Source of the DNA: a virus
Taxonomy: Duplodnaviria; Caudoviricetes
Strand: one strand, 5' to 3'
IMG/VR virus record: IMGVR_UViG_3300048672_000970
Location: 96,001 to 160,000 of that record
DNA: 64,000 nt
Of this stretch, positions 27,344 through 37,045 are shown piece by piece; positions within the stretch are counted from its first letter, which is position 1, and the number at the start of each line of letters is the position of its first letter. The notes beneath the pieces are model-generated. The model saw nothing but the letters and a program-made list of their open reading frames with translations, was not told the origin of the DNA and ran no database searches. Both the position numbers and the translations under genes were made by a program.

Positions 27344-28813
27344 TTAATAGCCTCTAAGTTCGATTCTGTCATGTTCGTCAAGGAAACGCATGAACACCAC
27401 ATTTTGAAGAAGTTCATAGTTGGTGATGTCTAACTCAGTATTTTGGTATTCATCCATAGTTTCTTTAACCTTTTTTCGGATGGCAGTCGGTTCTGCTAAA
27501 AACTTTTTAACTTGGGTTAAACGATGTTCGTTGAATTGATTTGTCCAAGTGATGACATCTCGCGGAAGATAATCGGCAATGTCAATTGAGTATTCATCAA
27601 ATTCTTCGTCGTTTTCTATAGCGGCATCACGCGCCGCATCAACATCTTGTTCATACCTCTTATACCCGTCGTTGTATTCTTCCACCTGTGCATTTACATA
27701 TGGCTGCAGGTCACGGTCGAAATATTCAGCACCATGCTTTTTCATATCTTCATCAGATACAACCAATATGTGATTAACTAAATCTGGTGAAGTTCGTACA
27801 TACTCGCGCACGATATCCATATGGGGATACTTCTGTTCAAACTCAAGTGCCCATAAAATCTGTCCATTAAACTCATTCTGTGGTTCGTCAATCATGGCTA
27901 GTTGTTCACCATCTTGTTGAATGACAGCCAAATCAGCCAAATCAGATTTTTGAAGCACGATGATGTTCTTTGCTGGGTTTGCGTTATCGATGAAAAACCA
28001 GTGTCGTGAATAATCATTCCAGAAAGATTTTGTTTCAGCGGCGGCTAAAGAAGCATTGGCGAACGCTGACAGAAGTTTTGAATCTCCATCAAGTTTGAAA
28101 TGTTCTTTGATGATGCGTTGCATGATGGCAGGGGTGTTATAATGGGTGTCATAGACAGTCACGCCATGTTCAGCATGTGGTCGTTCAGCCAATACAGCTT
28201 TGTGTTTTGATTTCTGAATGGCATTGATGATAAATGTCATCATGTTTTTTACTGCGCCAACCGTAGGATTCATTTTCCCCCAGATGAATCGACGGAATGA
28301 AAACGCCCCCTTAACAATACCATTTTCCGATTGCTCGACCCGTTCGGTAATGTCTCGATTGGCTTGGTTGTACCGTTGCATAAATTCGGTGGCAAGGTCA
28401 TCAATCGCGTCTTCAAGTTCGTCAGAATCCACGTCTACATCTTCTTCAACTGTCGTGACGATTTTTTCCCATTTGAAACGGAATGATTGGCGGTCAAATC
28501 TATTCAGAAAATAAGTGAAATGTGGATCAAGTGCCGGGTCGGTTGCACGATTATAGTTGGTGAATTGCATGGCCAGCGCGGAAAAGTTATGTGTACCGCT
28601 GCTATTATCCGCCGTGATATTAACGTAAGGTGTGACGATTGCCCCAATCAACCCTTGGGCATATTTCTCTTTCCCATATACTCCTGGCATAAAATAAACG
28701 TTCTCTTTTCGATGTTTGGAAAACTGCTTGTAATAATCTGAATAATCAGTTCCCCAATATGATTCACGTAACACAGGGTCGGTGAATGCTTCCAAAATAT
28801 GCTTTAGCTTCAT
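27344..28813 (-). CDS. hypothetical late protein (acidic C-terminal region)
   Basis: Long ORF; start moved to MKLKHILEA (28813); minus-strand TAAATA at 28833-38. Confidence 0.75.
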   Translation of the reverse strand: MKLKHILEAFTDPVLRESYWGTDYSDYYKQFSKHRKENVYFMPGVYGKEKYAQGLIGAIVTPYVNITADNSSGTHNFSALAMQFTNYNRATDPALDPHFTYFLNRFDRQSFRFKWEKIVTTVEEDVDVDSDELEDAIDDLATEFMQRYNQANRDITERVEQSENGIVKGAFSFRRFIWGKMNPTVGAVKNMMTFIINAIQKSKHKAVLAERPHAEHGVTVYDTHYNTPAIMQRIIKEHFKLDGDSKLLSAFANASLAAAETKSFWNDYSRHWFFIDNANPAKNIIVLQKSDLADLAVIQQDGEQLAMIDEPQNEFNGQILWALEFEQKYPHMDIVREYVRTSPDLVNHILVVSDEDMKKHGAEYFDRDLQPYVNAQVEEYNDGYKRYEQDVDAARDAAIENDEEFDEYSIDIADYLPRDVITWTNQFNEHRLTQVKKFLAEPTAIRKKVKETMDEYQNTELDITNYELLQNVVFMRFLDEHDRIELRGY

Positions 28814-28832
28814 AGGTCTATTCATTTAGAAG

Positions 28833-28848
28833 TATTTATCAATAAATA
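28833..28848. promoter_or_regulatory. back-to-back divergent late promoters
   Basis: TATTTA-TCAA-TAAATA. Confidence 0.6.
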
Positions 28849-28866
28849 ACTCAAAATGACAATGGT

Positions 28867-29679
28867 ATGCAACTTCTTCAAGAACTCATCGGTATCAAGA
28901 AATATTCCGGGATGACCATCATCAATGCTATCAAGCAAATTGTGCAACGAACACCAGCCGGAATCAAAACTTTCAGCGGGTCATTTGGTATCACTTTGGT
29001 TGCAGATGCATTACCGTATGTGTACAAAGTTTGGTTAGCTGACGCGGCGTATGAAAAATATATTGAACTGGTGTTAGCTCACCAAGATAACCCATTTTTC
29101 CCAAAAGTGATTGGAGATGTAGTTGAGTTGAAAAACATCTTTGCTGAAGGAAAACCACCTATTCCAACTATCAAAGTAATTCGATTGGAAAAGCTGAAAC
29201 ATGGAAATTTGTCAGAATTGAAAAATGAGGCGTTAGCCAGTGTCATTCGAGCTGGATTCGTATCGCTGGAACGTGATACCAATAAAGACCGTGTGAAAGA
29301 AAAAGTAATTCAGCGTATCAAGGAATTAGAAATTGCCTATAACGGATTCAAGACTGATTCTAAAACTGGCGCCAATCTGGCTTATATACAAAAAGCTAAT
29401 GGTAATCCGACACGCACGTTTGTCGCTTCAAATGAAGTGATGAAAGGTCGCAGTAAAGCGGCGGCGTATCTGGCTATTTCAAAAATGGATGTTGATAAGC
29501 TGGTTGACACCATTATTCAAATCCATGAAGCCTGTACTGCTCTGAACAAAATCGACCCGGAATATGATGTCTATGCGGACATGCACGAAGGCAACATCAT
29601 GTTCCGGGCGAATGGTGAATTAGTTATCACCGACCCGATGACATCTAGTAAAGGTACATACCCATTGACTCTGTTTTAA
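28867..29679 (+). CDS. Ser/Thr protein kinase-like protein (T7 gp0.7-type fold)
   Basis: SGSFG, VYKVW, DMHEGNIM catalytic loop, LVITDP. Confidence 0.75.
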   Translation: MQLLQELIGIKKYSGMTIINAIKQIVQRTPAGIKTFSGSFGITLVADALPYVYKVWLADAAYEKYIELVLAHQDNPFFPKVIGDVVELKNIFAEGKPPIPTIKVIRLEKLKHGNLSELKNEALASVIRAGFVSLERDTNKDRVKEKVIQRIKELEIAYNGFKTDSKTGANLAYIQKANGNPTRTFVASNEVMKGRSKAAAYLAISKMDVDKLVDTIIQIHEACTALNKIDPEYDVYADMHEGNIMFRANGELVITDPMTSSKGTYPLTLF

Positions 29680-29700
29680 CAATTGGTTACAAAGACGGTG

Positions 29701-29729
29701 TTGACAGTCGATGAATGCTTTGATAAAGT
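29701..29729 (+). promoter_or_regulatory. sigma70 early promoter
   Basis: TTGACA-N17-TAAAGT with TG extension. Confidence 0.65.
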
Positions 29730-29761
29730 TCATCCATCAACAACTGCTCTAGGAGCTTTCC

Positions 29762-30139
29762 ATGGACTCATCCAACTTTTTCAATTCTACCACCACCATT
29801 TCCAATTTCAAGCCGCATGAACTGGTGGCGCATATTTATGCTCGTTTGGAAAAAGAAAAAACTCACCCCGGAACGAGTGGGATGGTTATCGACCATGATT
29901 TCAAAATGGTTGTCATCGACCGCATTGTCATGGCTGCAGCAAGTGAATTTAACGGGCACGAAAACCTGCTTCGCAATCCGCAATTTGAGACAGTATCGGC
30001 TGCTTTGAAAGTGAGGAACTGGCGAGTTCAATCTATCCAGCATCAACTAATTGTCACTGAACCGAATGACTATTCGGTTTCTTCCAATCCGCCGAAACTG
30101 CATGGTTTCACGGTGGCTATGCAAGCAATTAACGGATGA
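29762..30139 (+). CDS. hypothetical protein
   Basis: AGGAG RBS. Confidence 0.7.
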   Translation: MDSSNFFNSTTTISNFKPHELVAHIYARLEKEKTHPGTSGMVIDHDFKMVVIDRIVMAAASEFNGHENLLRNPQFETVSAALKVRNWRVQSIQHQLIVTEPNDYSVSSNPPKLHGFTVAMQAING

Positions 30140-30191
30140 AACAGAATTAACCAATCTTAACATCCGTCATGTCTTAAGCCCCATGTAAGAA

Positions 30192-30233
30192 TATCAGATT
30201 TTGCATATGTCAATAAATATGTGGAATCTGATA
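30192..30233 (+). promoter_or_regulatory. 17-bp RNA hairpin with an overlapping late promoter
   Basis: TATCAGATTTTGCATAT / ATATGTGGAATCTGATA (3 G-U pairs); TAAATA at 30214-19. Confidence 0.55.
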
Positions 30234-30249
30234 GGACAGGGTTTTTGAC

Positions 30250-30699
30250 ATGGTGTATGACGCAACGACCGTCATGACGGACTTCGTTTGGCCTAAAGCG
30301 CCGGAATCAGTGATCATTCCTGTATCACAAGTGATTCCGGCTGATTCCATTTCCATTTTAGATAAGCCGGTCACGCCGGTTTTAGATGTGACGCAATTTT
30401 CTGCAGCTCATATTCCGATTGTGGTATCAACTATCACTCAGCAAGTAAATGACTTTATCGAACTGGCTAATTTGAAACTGAAGGAATTGAGTGGGAAAGT
30501 ATCTACCATTCGATTGAATCAAGAAGGCATCATTTCTGGTTATGTCCAATTTTCACTTGCATTTTCTTACATGCAGGACGTGACTATTCATCAGTGTAGA
30601 CAAGAAATCCTGAAAGGAGGGTGGAAAGATGCGTCAATCGTCATATCCTCTTTTCAAGATCCCTTGTACCTGTATTCAGTAATCTTAAGTTTGCCTTAA
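30250..30699 (+). CDS. hypothetical late protein
   Basis: ORF downstream of TAAATA. Confidence 0.7.
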   Translation: MVYDATTVMTDFVWPKAPESVIIPVSQVIPADSISILDKPVTPVLDVTQFSAAHIPIVVSTITQQVNDFIELANLKLKELSGKVSTIRLNQEGIISGYVQFSLAFSYMQDVTIHQCRQEILKGGWKDASIVISSFQDPLYLYSVILSLP

Positions 30700-30722
30700 G
30701 CGAGAAAATTTATAAATAAGGC

Positions 30723-30911
30723 TTGGGAGGGAATGAACCGATGGAAAAGTTATCAATTTTAGCCGCCATCATGATTACTGTGCTGAATTTTAACGCATCA
30801 TTGGAGCGAGACAAATACACTGGTCGGTTTTCTGATTTAATCACGTTGGTAGTTTTTCTTACGACCGTGGTATGTTTGTTCGTGCTAGTCTTTTCATTCT
30901 GGAAGGTTTGA
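30723..30911 (+). CDS. small two-TM membrane protein
   Basis: Two hydrophobic helices; TATAAATA at 30711-18; true start probably downstream (MEKLS). Confidence 0.55.
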   Translation: MGGNEPMEKLSILAAIMITVLNFNASLERDKYTGRFSDLITLVVFLTTVVCLFVLVFSFWKV

Positions 30912-30914
30912 CCG

Positions 30915-31139
30915 ATGTTACCGTTCATCACGTTCATTTCAATTTCCAATCCTCCGCAATATTTTCGGCAATACTTTGAAAATCTGTTCATTGATGATTA
31001 CGAACAACTGTTTCATGGATTCTCGGTGGCAGTATCTGATGATATCGCCGGGACGATAAAATCGTTGTGCAATGAACACGGCATTGTTTGCACCTCGCAT
31101 TCATGTGATAGAATAGACAATTCTCCCATCAACTCTTAA
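30915..31139 (+). CDS. hypothetical protein
   Basis: ORF. Confidence 0.5.
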   Translation: MLPFITFISISNPPQYFRQYFENLFIDDYEQLFHGFSVAVSDDIAGTIKSLCNEHGIVCTSHSCDRIDNSPINS

Positions 31140-31148
31140 AAGGAAATT

Positions 31149-33248
31149 ATGACAAAACAAAATCTGACAGCTCTTTTTGCAGCAGTCCTGGCCCTATCTG
31201 CTCCGGCAGCTAACGCCGCTCTGAACATTCCAACCAATGTGCAAGTTGTGCCAGATTCAACTTCGGCCGTTATTTCTTTCGTGGATACTTCCACGACTGA
31301 AACTGGTTTTGATATTCGTGCTTGTTTCGTGGGTAACTGCGCGGCGACTAGCCCATACTGGAAGTCCCTGGGTACTGTTAACACTGCCGATTCTGCTGGA
31401 ACTGGCGGTGTGGTATCGTTTACTGCTTCGGGCCTGACTCCGCAGATGACTTACAACCTCCGTGTGCGCGCCATTAAAACCACTTCAACAGGTACTGTTT
31501 CTGTTGGTACTGGTTCAGTGAATACTGTGTTCACTACTCTGGCGGGCACTGCTACCCCAGCTCCGGTGCCGACGAATAATCCGGTTGTTATCACTCAATC
31601 GTCGGTGATGACAGTTGTGGATGCGTCTGGTGGTAATAACGGTTGCCCGGCTCCCACACCGGCTCCCACACCGGCTCCCACACCGGCTCCCACACCGGCT
31701 CCCACACCGGCTCCCACACCGGCTCCCACACCGGCTCCCACACCGGCTCCCACACCGGCTCCCACACCGGCTCCCGCAACTGCGAGTTCCTGCGTTGCGG
31801 GCACAGGAGTCGATTACACGGTTGGTACTGGTCAAAAGTATGCCACCCTCGATCTAGTACCGTGGGAAACTCTGAAGGCCGGTGATACCGTTCGTATTTT
31901 CTATTCGGCAACACCTTATACTGGCAAGTTCCTTATTTCAGGTTCAGGTACTGCTACTACGCCAATTCGGGTTTGTGGCGTGAAGGGTGTTAACGGAGAG
32001 CGGCCCATTATTTCCGGGGATGGTGCAACTACTCGTCCTCAACTGCTGACTCTGTACGGTAACTCAGCATATACCCAAGACATTTTTCAAACTCGTGGTA
32101 TCGTGACCATTAAGCAAAACCATTCAGCGCCTGATTATTGGACAGCTTATCCGCAATACATTCAAATCGACGGCCTGAATATCACTAAGTCACATCCGCA
32201 ATATTCATTTACGGATGCAGGCGGTGTTAAAAAGGCTTACATTGATTTTGGGGCGGCTATTTGGGTAGAACGTGGTAAATTCATCACCATCACTGATAAC
32301 GAAATTTCAGATGCTCAACAAGGCATTTACACGAAGGCTACTGACGATGGTACTTTTGCGGTAACGTCCGATATCACCATCTCAAATAATTATTTCTGGG
32401 GTCATGGTATTGTTAATGACGTTCACATGCATGCAACTTATACCGAAAGTCAACGGATTCTGCTAGAAGGTAATCATTACGGTATGATGCGTACTGGTGC
32501 ACTTGGCAATTCCATCAAAGACCGTTCAGCCGGCCTGACCGTCCGTTACAATTTCATTGAAGATGGCGCACATGCTATTGACCTTGTGGAAGCGGAAGAT
32601 TTCCCGAATACGGCTCGTGCTGATGCCAGCTATCGTTCCACTTACGTGTATGGCAACATTATCACGAAGCGCGGCTCTACTGGTTCGACCATCCATTATG
32701 GCGGCGACCATTATGGTTCAACGCCGGGTGCTGCTTGGGGTGAAGACCTGTTCCGAAAGGGCAATCTTTATTTCTACAATAACACCGTTTCAATGTATGG
32801 CACTAGTGATGCATGGATTTTCCAAACAGCCACTACTGATGAACATGTTAATGCATGGAATAACGTCATTTACTTCGCGCCAACACTCGTGAACAAGAAT
32901 CTGCGCATGGATACTGGTGGCATTGGCACTTCATGGACTTCTGGTGGTATCAACGACCTTTACACCAATTTCATTTCTACTGGTTGGCAAGATTCTGACC
33001 AATATCATGCGGTGAATGGTACGCTCAATATGATTGGCCCGATTGTCACTTCGACCACGATGCCTTTCAATCCGACCACTTATTCGCCAACTGTCGGTTC
33101 ACCAATTGTCAATGTCGGGTCTAGCACGCCGCGTCAGGTTCCGGCACAGGTTCCACCTGTTGACAAGCAGTATGACGTAACGACTGGTAAGGTCATCCCT
33201 CGCCCGGTTAACGGCGGTTCTATCGACCTTGGCGCGGTAGAGCAATAA
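31149..33248 (+). CDS. secreted protein: signal peptide, fibronectin-III-like domain, Pro/Thr linker, right-handed beta-helix (pectin-lyase-like)
   Basis: [23 protein letters not shown] signal; [17 protein letters not shown]3 motif; (PAPT)10; repeated ITxNxI/VxGN strands; C-terminal DLGAVE. Confidence 0.8.
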   Translation: MTKQNLTALFAAVLALSAPAANAALNIPTNVQVVPDSTSAVISFVDTSTTETGFDIRACFVGNCAATSPYWKSLGTVNTADSAGTGGVVSFTASGLTPQMTYNLRVRAIKTTSTGTVSVGTGSVNTVFTTLAGTATPAPVPTNNPVVITQSSVMTVVDASGGNNGCPAPTPAPTPAPTPAPTPAPTPAPTPAPTPAPTPAPTPAPTPAPATASSCVAGTGVDYTVGTGQKYATLDLVPWETLKAGDTVRIFYSATPYTGKFLISGSGTATTPIRVCGVKGVNGERPIISGDGATTRPQLLTLYGNSAYTQDIFQTRGIVTIKQNHSAPDYWTAYPQYIQIDGLNITKSHPQYSFTDAGGVKKAYIDFGAAIWVERGKFITITDNEISDAQQGIYTKATDDGTFAVTSDITISNNYFWGHGIVNDVHMHATYTESQRILLEGNHYGMMRTGALGNSIKDRSAGLTVRYNFIEDGAHAIDLVEAEDFPNTARADASYRSTYVYGNIITKRGSTGSTIHYGGDHYGSTPGAAWGEDLFRKGNLYFYNNTVSMYGTSDAWIFQTATTDEHVNAWNNVIYFAPTLVNKNLRMDTGGIGTSWTSGGINDLYTNFISTGWQDSDQYHAVNGTLNMIGPIVTSTTMPFNPTTYSPTVGSPIVNVGSSTPRQVPAQVPPVDKQYDVTTGKVIPRPVNGGSIDLGAVEQ
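31647..31778 (+). repeat. 12-bp tandem repeat CCGGCTCCCACA x10 plus 1 imperfect copy (encodes PAPT linker)
   Basis: Read directly from the sequence. Confidence 0.95.
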
Positions 33249-33279
33249 AAAAGGGGCCAAGTGCCCCTTTTTCTTTTTT
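33249..33279 (+). terminator. intrinsic terminator
   Basis: AAAAGGGGC-CAAGT-GCCCCTTTTTCTTTTTT. Confidence 0.85.
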
Positions 33280-33325
33280 GATGGTAGACTAACTACCGGG
33301 TTGTTCTAGTTGAAAGGAGAAATCT

Positions 33326-33547
33326 ATGTTTACTGGTCTGATTAACGAAGTTCCATACATTACTGATGAATCAAAACGCAAGGTTGAAATCGAACTATTT
33401 CACGCCGTCCATCCAGTATCGTATGGATTGGCCGAAATAATTTCGCCCGTCATGGAAGAAAATCATCCGTATAACTGGACGCAAGAACATCATTCTGGTG
33501 TGCCATGTATCGTAAAAATCGTGGAGGTATCTGAATATGACATTTGA
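33326..33547 (+). CDS. hypothetical protein
   Basis: AAGGAG RBS; TGGTAGACT extended -10 at 33282-90. Confidence 0.65.
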   Translation: MFTGLINEVPYITDESKRKVEIELFHAVHPVSYGLAEIISPVMEENHPYNWTQEHHSGVPCIVKIVEVSEYDI

Positions 33548-33833
33548 ACCAATTGTTTCTTTTGAAGTAGATGATTCACTCAATGTAGTCGTCACTTGTC
33601 CGTCTACTGGTTCTGATTCCGTTCATCCATTTTCGGTCACAGACATTTTCAAACAGGAAATTAACGCACGGTTGATTCCTTGCCTTGACGGTCAGTTTAA
33701 GCTGTATGAAGAAGATAAACAAGAACTGCTCGAATTGCTGAATCAGCTTGAAGGTCAGATTTTAGATATGAAAACTCTTTTACATGAATACCAATTCACC
33801 ATCTCAAAAACAACGCCACTCAATCCCGGATAA
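33537..33833 (+). CDS. hypothetical protein
   Basis: GGAGG RBS. Confidence 0.65.
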   Translation: MTFEPIVSFEVDDSLNVVVTCPSTGSDSVHPFSVTDIFKQEINARLIPCLDGQFKLYEEDKQELLELLNQLEGQILDMKTLLHEYQFTISKTTPLNPG

Positions 33834-33858
33834 ATAACTAGACGTTCTTTTGATATCA

Positions 33859-34005
33859 ATGAAACTTCTGGTACAATTGATTTTAGCAATGATGCTAATT
33901 TCTTGTGGGGGTGGCGACACTGAGTTACCACCTCCTGAACAACAAACGGATGTGTCATGGGAGCCATTACCATTAGACATGTCGAAATATGATTCCACCC
34001 TTTAA
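33859..34005 (+). CDS. small lipoprotein (48 aa, not in ORF track)
   Basis: MKLLVQLILAMMLISC-GGGDTELPPPEQ..., lipobox LISC; TAAATA at 33831-36. Confidence 0.6.
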   Translation: MKLLVQLILAMMLISCGGGDTELPPPEQQTDVSWEPLPLDMSKYDSTL

Positions 34006-34020
34006 CCTATAGGATTTTTA

Positions 34021-34620
34021 ATGAAGAAACTTCTCGCATCACTTTTCATGACCCTGGCCGCATTTTCAGTCAGCGCGCAAACCACTGAATTTGTCACGAA
34101 TGGTGATATTGAAACTTTTACCACCGTTACTGGCGGTTCACCCATTTCAACTAAGACCGTGCCGGTTGGTTGGACTAGCATGAATTATCCGTTCCGCGCT
34201 CAATGTGTTGGCGTGTATGGCGACAGTGCAACTCCGACCAATCACTATCTGGCACTGGTCGATCAAATGCCCCCTAACTCCGTTGCCGGCCGGGCTAATT
34301 GCCCCGTAGTGAAGGCGTGGACTCATCCAGCTATCACCCTACCTGCTGGCACTTACACGCTCTCATACGACGTTGTAGGCTTCCGTAACACCAATTCAAC
34401 TACTGGCACTGGTGTTGCCGTTGAACTGAGTGGCGCGACTAACATCCAACTGCTCGTTCCTTGGAATAAGCTGGCTAACTGCACTTACTCAGTGAAATTC
34501 AACATGGCACAGGCTGGTTCTGTTAACCTGCGTGCACTGCTGGTTAACGGTTCGTCCAATCCGAGTTCCGCCGCGAACTATGTCTATCTGGACAATATCA
34601 GTATTAAGCCGGCTCTGTAA
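34021..34620 (+). CDS. secreted beta-sandwich protein, carbohydrate-binding-module-like
   Basis: Signal MKKLLASLFMTLAAFSVSA; FVTNGDIE...LPAGTYTLSY...YLDNISIK. Confidence 0.6.
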   Translation: MKKLLASLFMTLAAFSVSAQTTEFVTNGDIETFTTVTGGSPISTKTVPVGWTSMNYPFRAQCVGVYGDSATPTNHYLALVDQMPPNSVAGRANCPVVKAWTHPAITLPAGTYTLSYDVVGFRNTNSTTGTGVAVELSGATNIQLLVPWNKLANCTYSVKFNMAQAGSVNLRALLVNGSSNPSSAANYVYLDNISIKPAL

Positions 34621-34635
34621 TACGAGTCACAAATG

Positions 34636-34660
34636 AAAAAGGAGCCAAAAGGCTCCTTTT
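34636..34660. terminator. bidirectional intrinsic terminator
   Basis: AAAAAGGAGCC-AAAA-GGCTCCTTTT. Confidence 0.85.
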
Positions 34661-34664
34661 CTTT

Positions 34665-35273
34665 TTAGCTGACCGAAATAGTCAAACTGTACACGATGGT
34701 AAATTCTCGATTGCCCGTATGTTCAATTGGAGAAAATACGTAATGGGTTAGAAGCATTTCATCGGTTTGATTCAGTAAATCAACTCCAGAGCCTTGCGTA
34801 AACAATCCTAGTTCATCGAAGAAAAAGGAAGATTGCGGATTGGTTGTGCCACCAGCGGGAATGGTGTCAGTAGATGCATTGATAGCTTCAGTCGCGTCAA
34901 CCACGCAAGTAATGACCACTCGGGTGTTATTCGTGTTAGGAATATTGGTATAAGTCACTGAGTTGCCAATACCAACTGAAGAAGAACTGTCATCAACTAC
35001 TTCTGCATAGGTTGGATTATAAAGGTCTGCATCCAATGCACTGACATTAGGCGCCCGGAAAACAATTTGCTGAGTGGCATCAATGTACGTACCTTGATTG
35101 CCAAGTTTCAGTTTGAATACTTGCCCGTTAGCTGCATTACTCAGACCACGTGCGAGTGCCGTTGCCATATTTCGCGGATGGACAGCATTCTTGCCTTCAG
35201 AGATTAATGCACCAGTTTGGTTATCATAAATCTTGATATTGGTTTGATAAGAAACGTTGAAAGTTTGTTCCAT
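34665..35273 (-). CDS. putative baseplate/tail structural protein
   Basis: FFFDELGLF...LLTHYVFSPIEHT..R.FTIVYSLTI pattern; in the tail gene cluster. Confidence 0.55.
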   Translation of the reverse strand: MEQTFNVSYQTNIKIYDNQTGALISEGKNAVHPRNMATALARGLSNAANGQVFKLKLGNQGTYIDATQQIVFRAPNVSALDADLYNPTYAEVVDDSSSSVGIGNSVTYTNIPNTNNTRVVITCVVDATEAINASTDTIPAGGTTNPQSSFFFDELGLFTQGSGVDLLNQTDEMLLTHYVFSPIEHTGNREFTIVYSLTISVS

Positions 35274-35288
35274 AGGATTCTTTTTTGT

Positions 35289-35759
35289 TTATTTACGCTT
35301 AGGGGTTCGGGCTTTAGTCTTTTTAGGAGCGCCCTGAAAGAAGATTGATTTCTCAGTAAGCACTTGAAACTGTAATCCGTTCGCGTTACAAAATTTTTCT
35401 GCTGCTTGCCATTTAGCTTGATTGACGACATACGTTTTAACAGCTAGTTCAGTTTGTTTCCTGGGCGGTAAAGTTTCGTGATGAGGTTTGATTTCAATTA
35501 ACATCTTTTGAATAGCGCCTGCACGGTCTTTATAGACGACCAACAAATCGGGAAAGTATTGGTGAACTTGTCCATCAACGGGAGACATGTACGGAATGGA
35601 AAATAACTCACTGCCCCATTTTAGAATAGATGGTTCATTGTCGAAAGCTGAGAATACTCTCAACTCGTATGAACTACGAAAGATGATTCTGTTAACGTTC
35701 CCTAGATACTTTTCAGGATTTTTCGGTTTGAAAAATCCTTGCACAAATCCTTTTGCCAT
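35289..35759 (-). CDS. head completion nuclease (T4 gp4-like, TnsA fold)
   Basis: GFFKPKNPEKY.G...IIFRSSYE...KWGSE...YFPD...IEIKP...NQAKWQAA. Confidence 0.88.
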   Translation of the reverse strand: MAKGFVQGFFKPKNPEKYLGNVNRIIFRSSYELRVFSAFDNEPSILKWGSELFSIPYMSPVDGQVHQYFPDLLVVYKDRAGAIQKMLIEIKPHHETLPPRKQTELAVKTYVVNQAKWQAAEKFCNANGLQFQVLTEKSIFFQGAPKKTKARTPKRK

Positions 35760-36965
35760 TTATTTCCCCAATGCTCGAAGTGCATTCATTCCGGCTGTTG
35801 TCGCCATATCAACGGCTTGTCCGGCCAAATTAGAACCGACGTTTCCTAGCGATTTTGAAACAAGCCCGGCCACTTGCTGTCCACCTGGGATACTTTTCAA
35901 AACTTTGTTCAGTTGGTCAGATGTCACTTTTTGAACTACTCGACTGGCTGCACCAGTTATCAAATTAGTTAATGGAGATGAAGTAGAACCAAATGAACTG
36001 GAAGGCACTGAAATATCACCTGGGGCACCAGTTCCTGCACGGATGTTAGAAAAATTCCGCTCAGGAGTATTCATTTGGGTAATAGGCTCTAATCGCAAGA
36101 AATCATAATCGAACGACATATTAACTTCGGCCGGAGCAGATTCATCATGCCCTAATGAATTCATTCCGATGGAAGTAATTTTTGGATTGATGAAAGTAAA
36201 CGAGTTCATGCTAACGGCTTTTGAAAGATCCCCTGCTACCGGATTGACCATGAACTGATTGATTCTGATAAAATCAATCAGGCCACCCGTATCAGTATTT
36301 GTGAAACTTGAAGTTGATAGCGGGCCGATGCCAGCAGTAACCCCTTCGCCAAAAGTCATGCCGTTAGCTCGCTGATACGCTTTGCGCACTTCAGCGAAAC
36401 TTAAAAGGTCGTTAACACCTGTGCCAGACTTTGCCCGCATCACCGGAATATGTGTTAGTAACATCGCTCTGAGAAACATCATCACCTTTTGCCCAACATC
36501 ATCATGGAATTTGAGATTGACGGGCTGGTGAGTTATCTTCTTCAAAATTTTGGTGCGGAAGTTATACATGTTTACCTCTTGATATTCAAAATCAAATTGT
36601 GGCCTGTCGATACTTTGTACCATGAACATAAATTCGTTATTTGGGCTTTTGCTTTTAACGGATCTGAACGGGTCAAATTGTAAAGCACCGGAAGCTTTCG
36701 GGTCTTTCAGAACGATTTCAACTGAAAACAGAAACTTGAGTGCCGGCCGGTATTCAGTGTTATACGCCATCGCATAACTCGACGCATAGAAGTTCTGGTC
36801 GTTACTGATATCAGTAGTCGCAGATGAAATACCGCCTCCTGGCAATAGAGTTTCACCCCCACCTAAAAAGTCCCCTACGGCCGCGCCAAAAGCTTTAGCC
36901 GCTTGTTTTTCCAAATTAACGCCAGCGCCCCCTAAAACACCGGAAATTTCACTTTTGTATCCCAT
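35760..36965 (-). CDS. tail tube initiator/baseplate protein (gp48/gp54-like, tube fold)
   Basis: IDRPQFDFEYQEVNMYN...PVNLKFHDD...MSFDYD tube-like pattern; TAAATA at 36987-92; next to the tube gene. Confidence 0.6.
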   Translation of the reverse strand: MGYKSEISGVLGGAGVNLEKQAAKAFGAAVGDFLGGGETLLPGGGISSATTDISNDQNFYASSYAMAYNTEYRPALKFLFSVEIVLKDPKASGALQFDPFRSVKSKSPNNEFMFMVQSIDRPQFDFEYQEVNMYNFRTKILKKITHQPVNLKFHDDVGQKVMMFLRAMLLTHIPVMRAKSGTGVNDLLSFAEVRKAYQRANGMTFGEGVTAGIGPLSTSSFTNTDTGGLIDFIRINQFMVNPVAGDLSKAVSMNSFTFINPKITSIGMNSLGHDESAPAEVNMSFDYDFLRLEPITQMNTPERNFSNIRAGTGAPGDISVPSSSFGSTSSPLTNLITGAASRVVQKVTSDQLNKVLKSIPGGQQVAGLVSKSLGNVGSNLAGQAVDMATTAGMNALRALGK

Positions 36966-37002
36966 TCGATACTTTCATTAAAACAGTATTTACTTCCCAA
37001 AG

Positions 37003-37026
37003 AAAAAGCCACCCGAAGGTGGCTTT
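37003..37026 (-). terminator. intrinsic terminator after the tail tube gene
   Basis: AAAAAGCCACC-CGAA-GGTGGCTTT. Confidence 0.8.
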
Positions 37027-37045
37027 CATTTAGACTGAATCTAAA

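Noticed and set aside
27344-28825. Reverse transcriptase or other array-associated enzyme next to array A
   Set aside because: No YxDD or other RT motifs in this or any ORF flanking either array
31515-31914. Alternate-frame repetitive ORFs (GSHT, RLPH, EPVW, GAGV repeats)
   Set aside because: By-products of the 12-bp tandem repeat in the 31149-33248 gene
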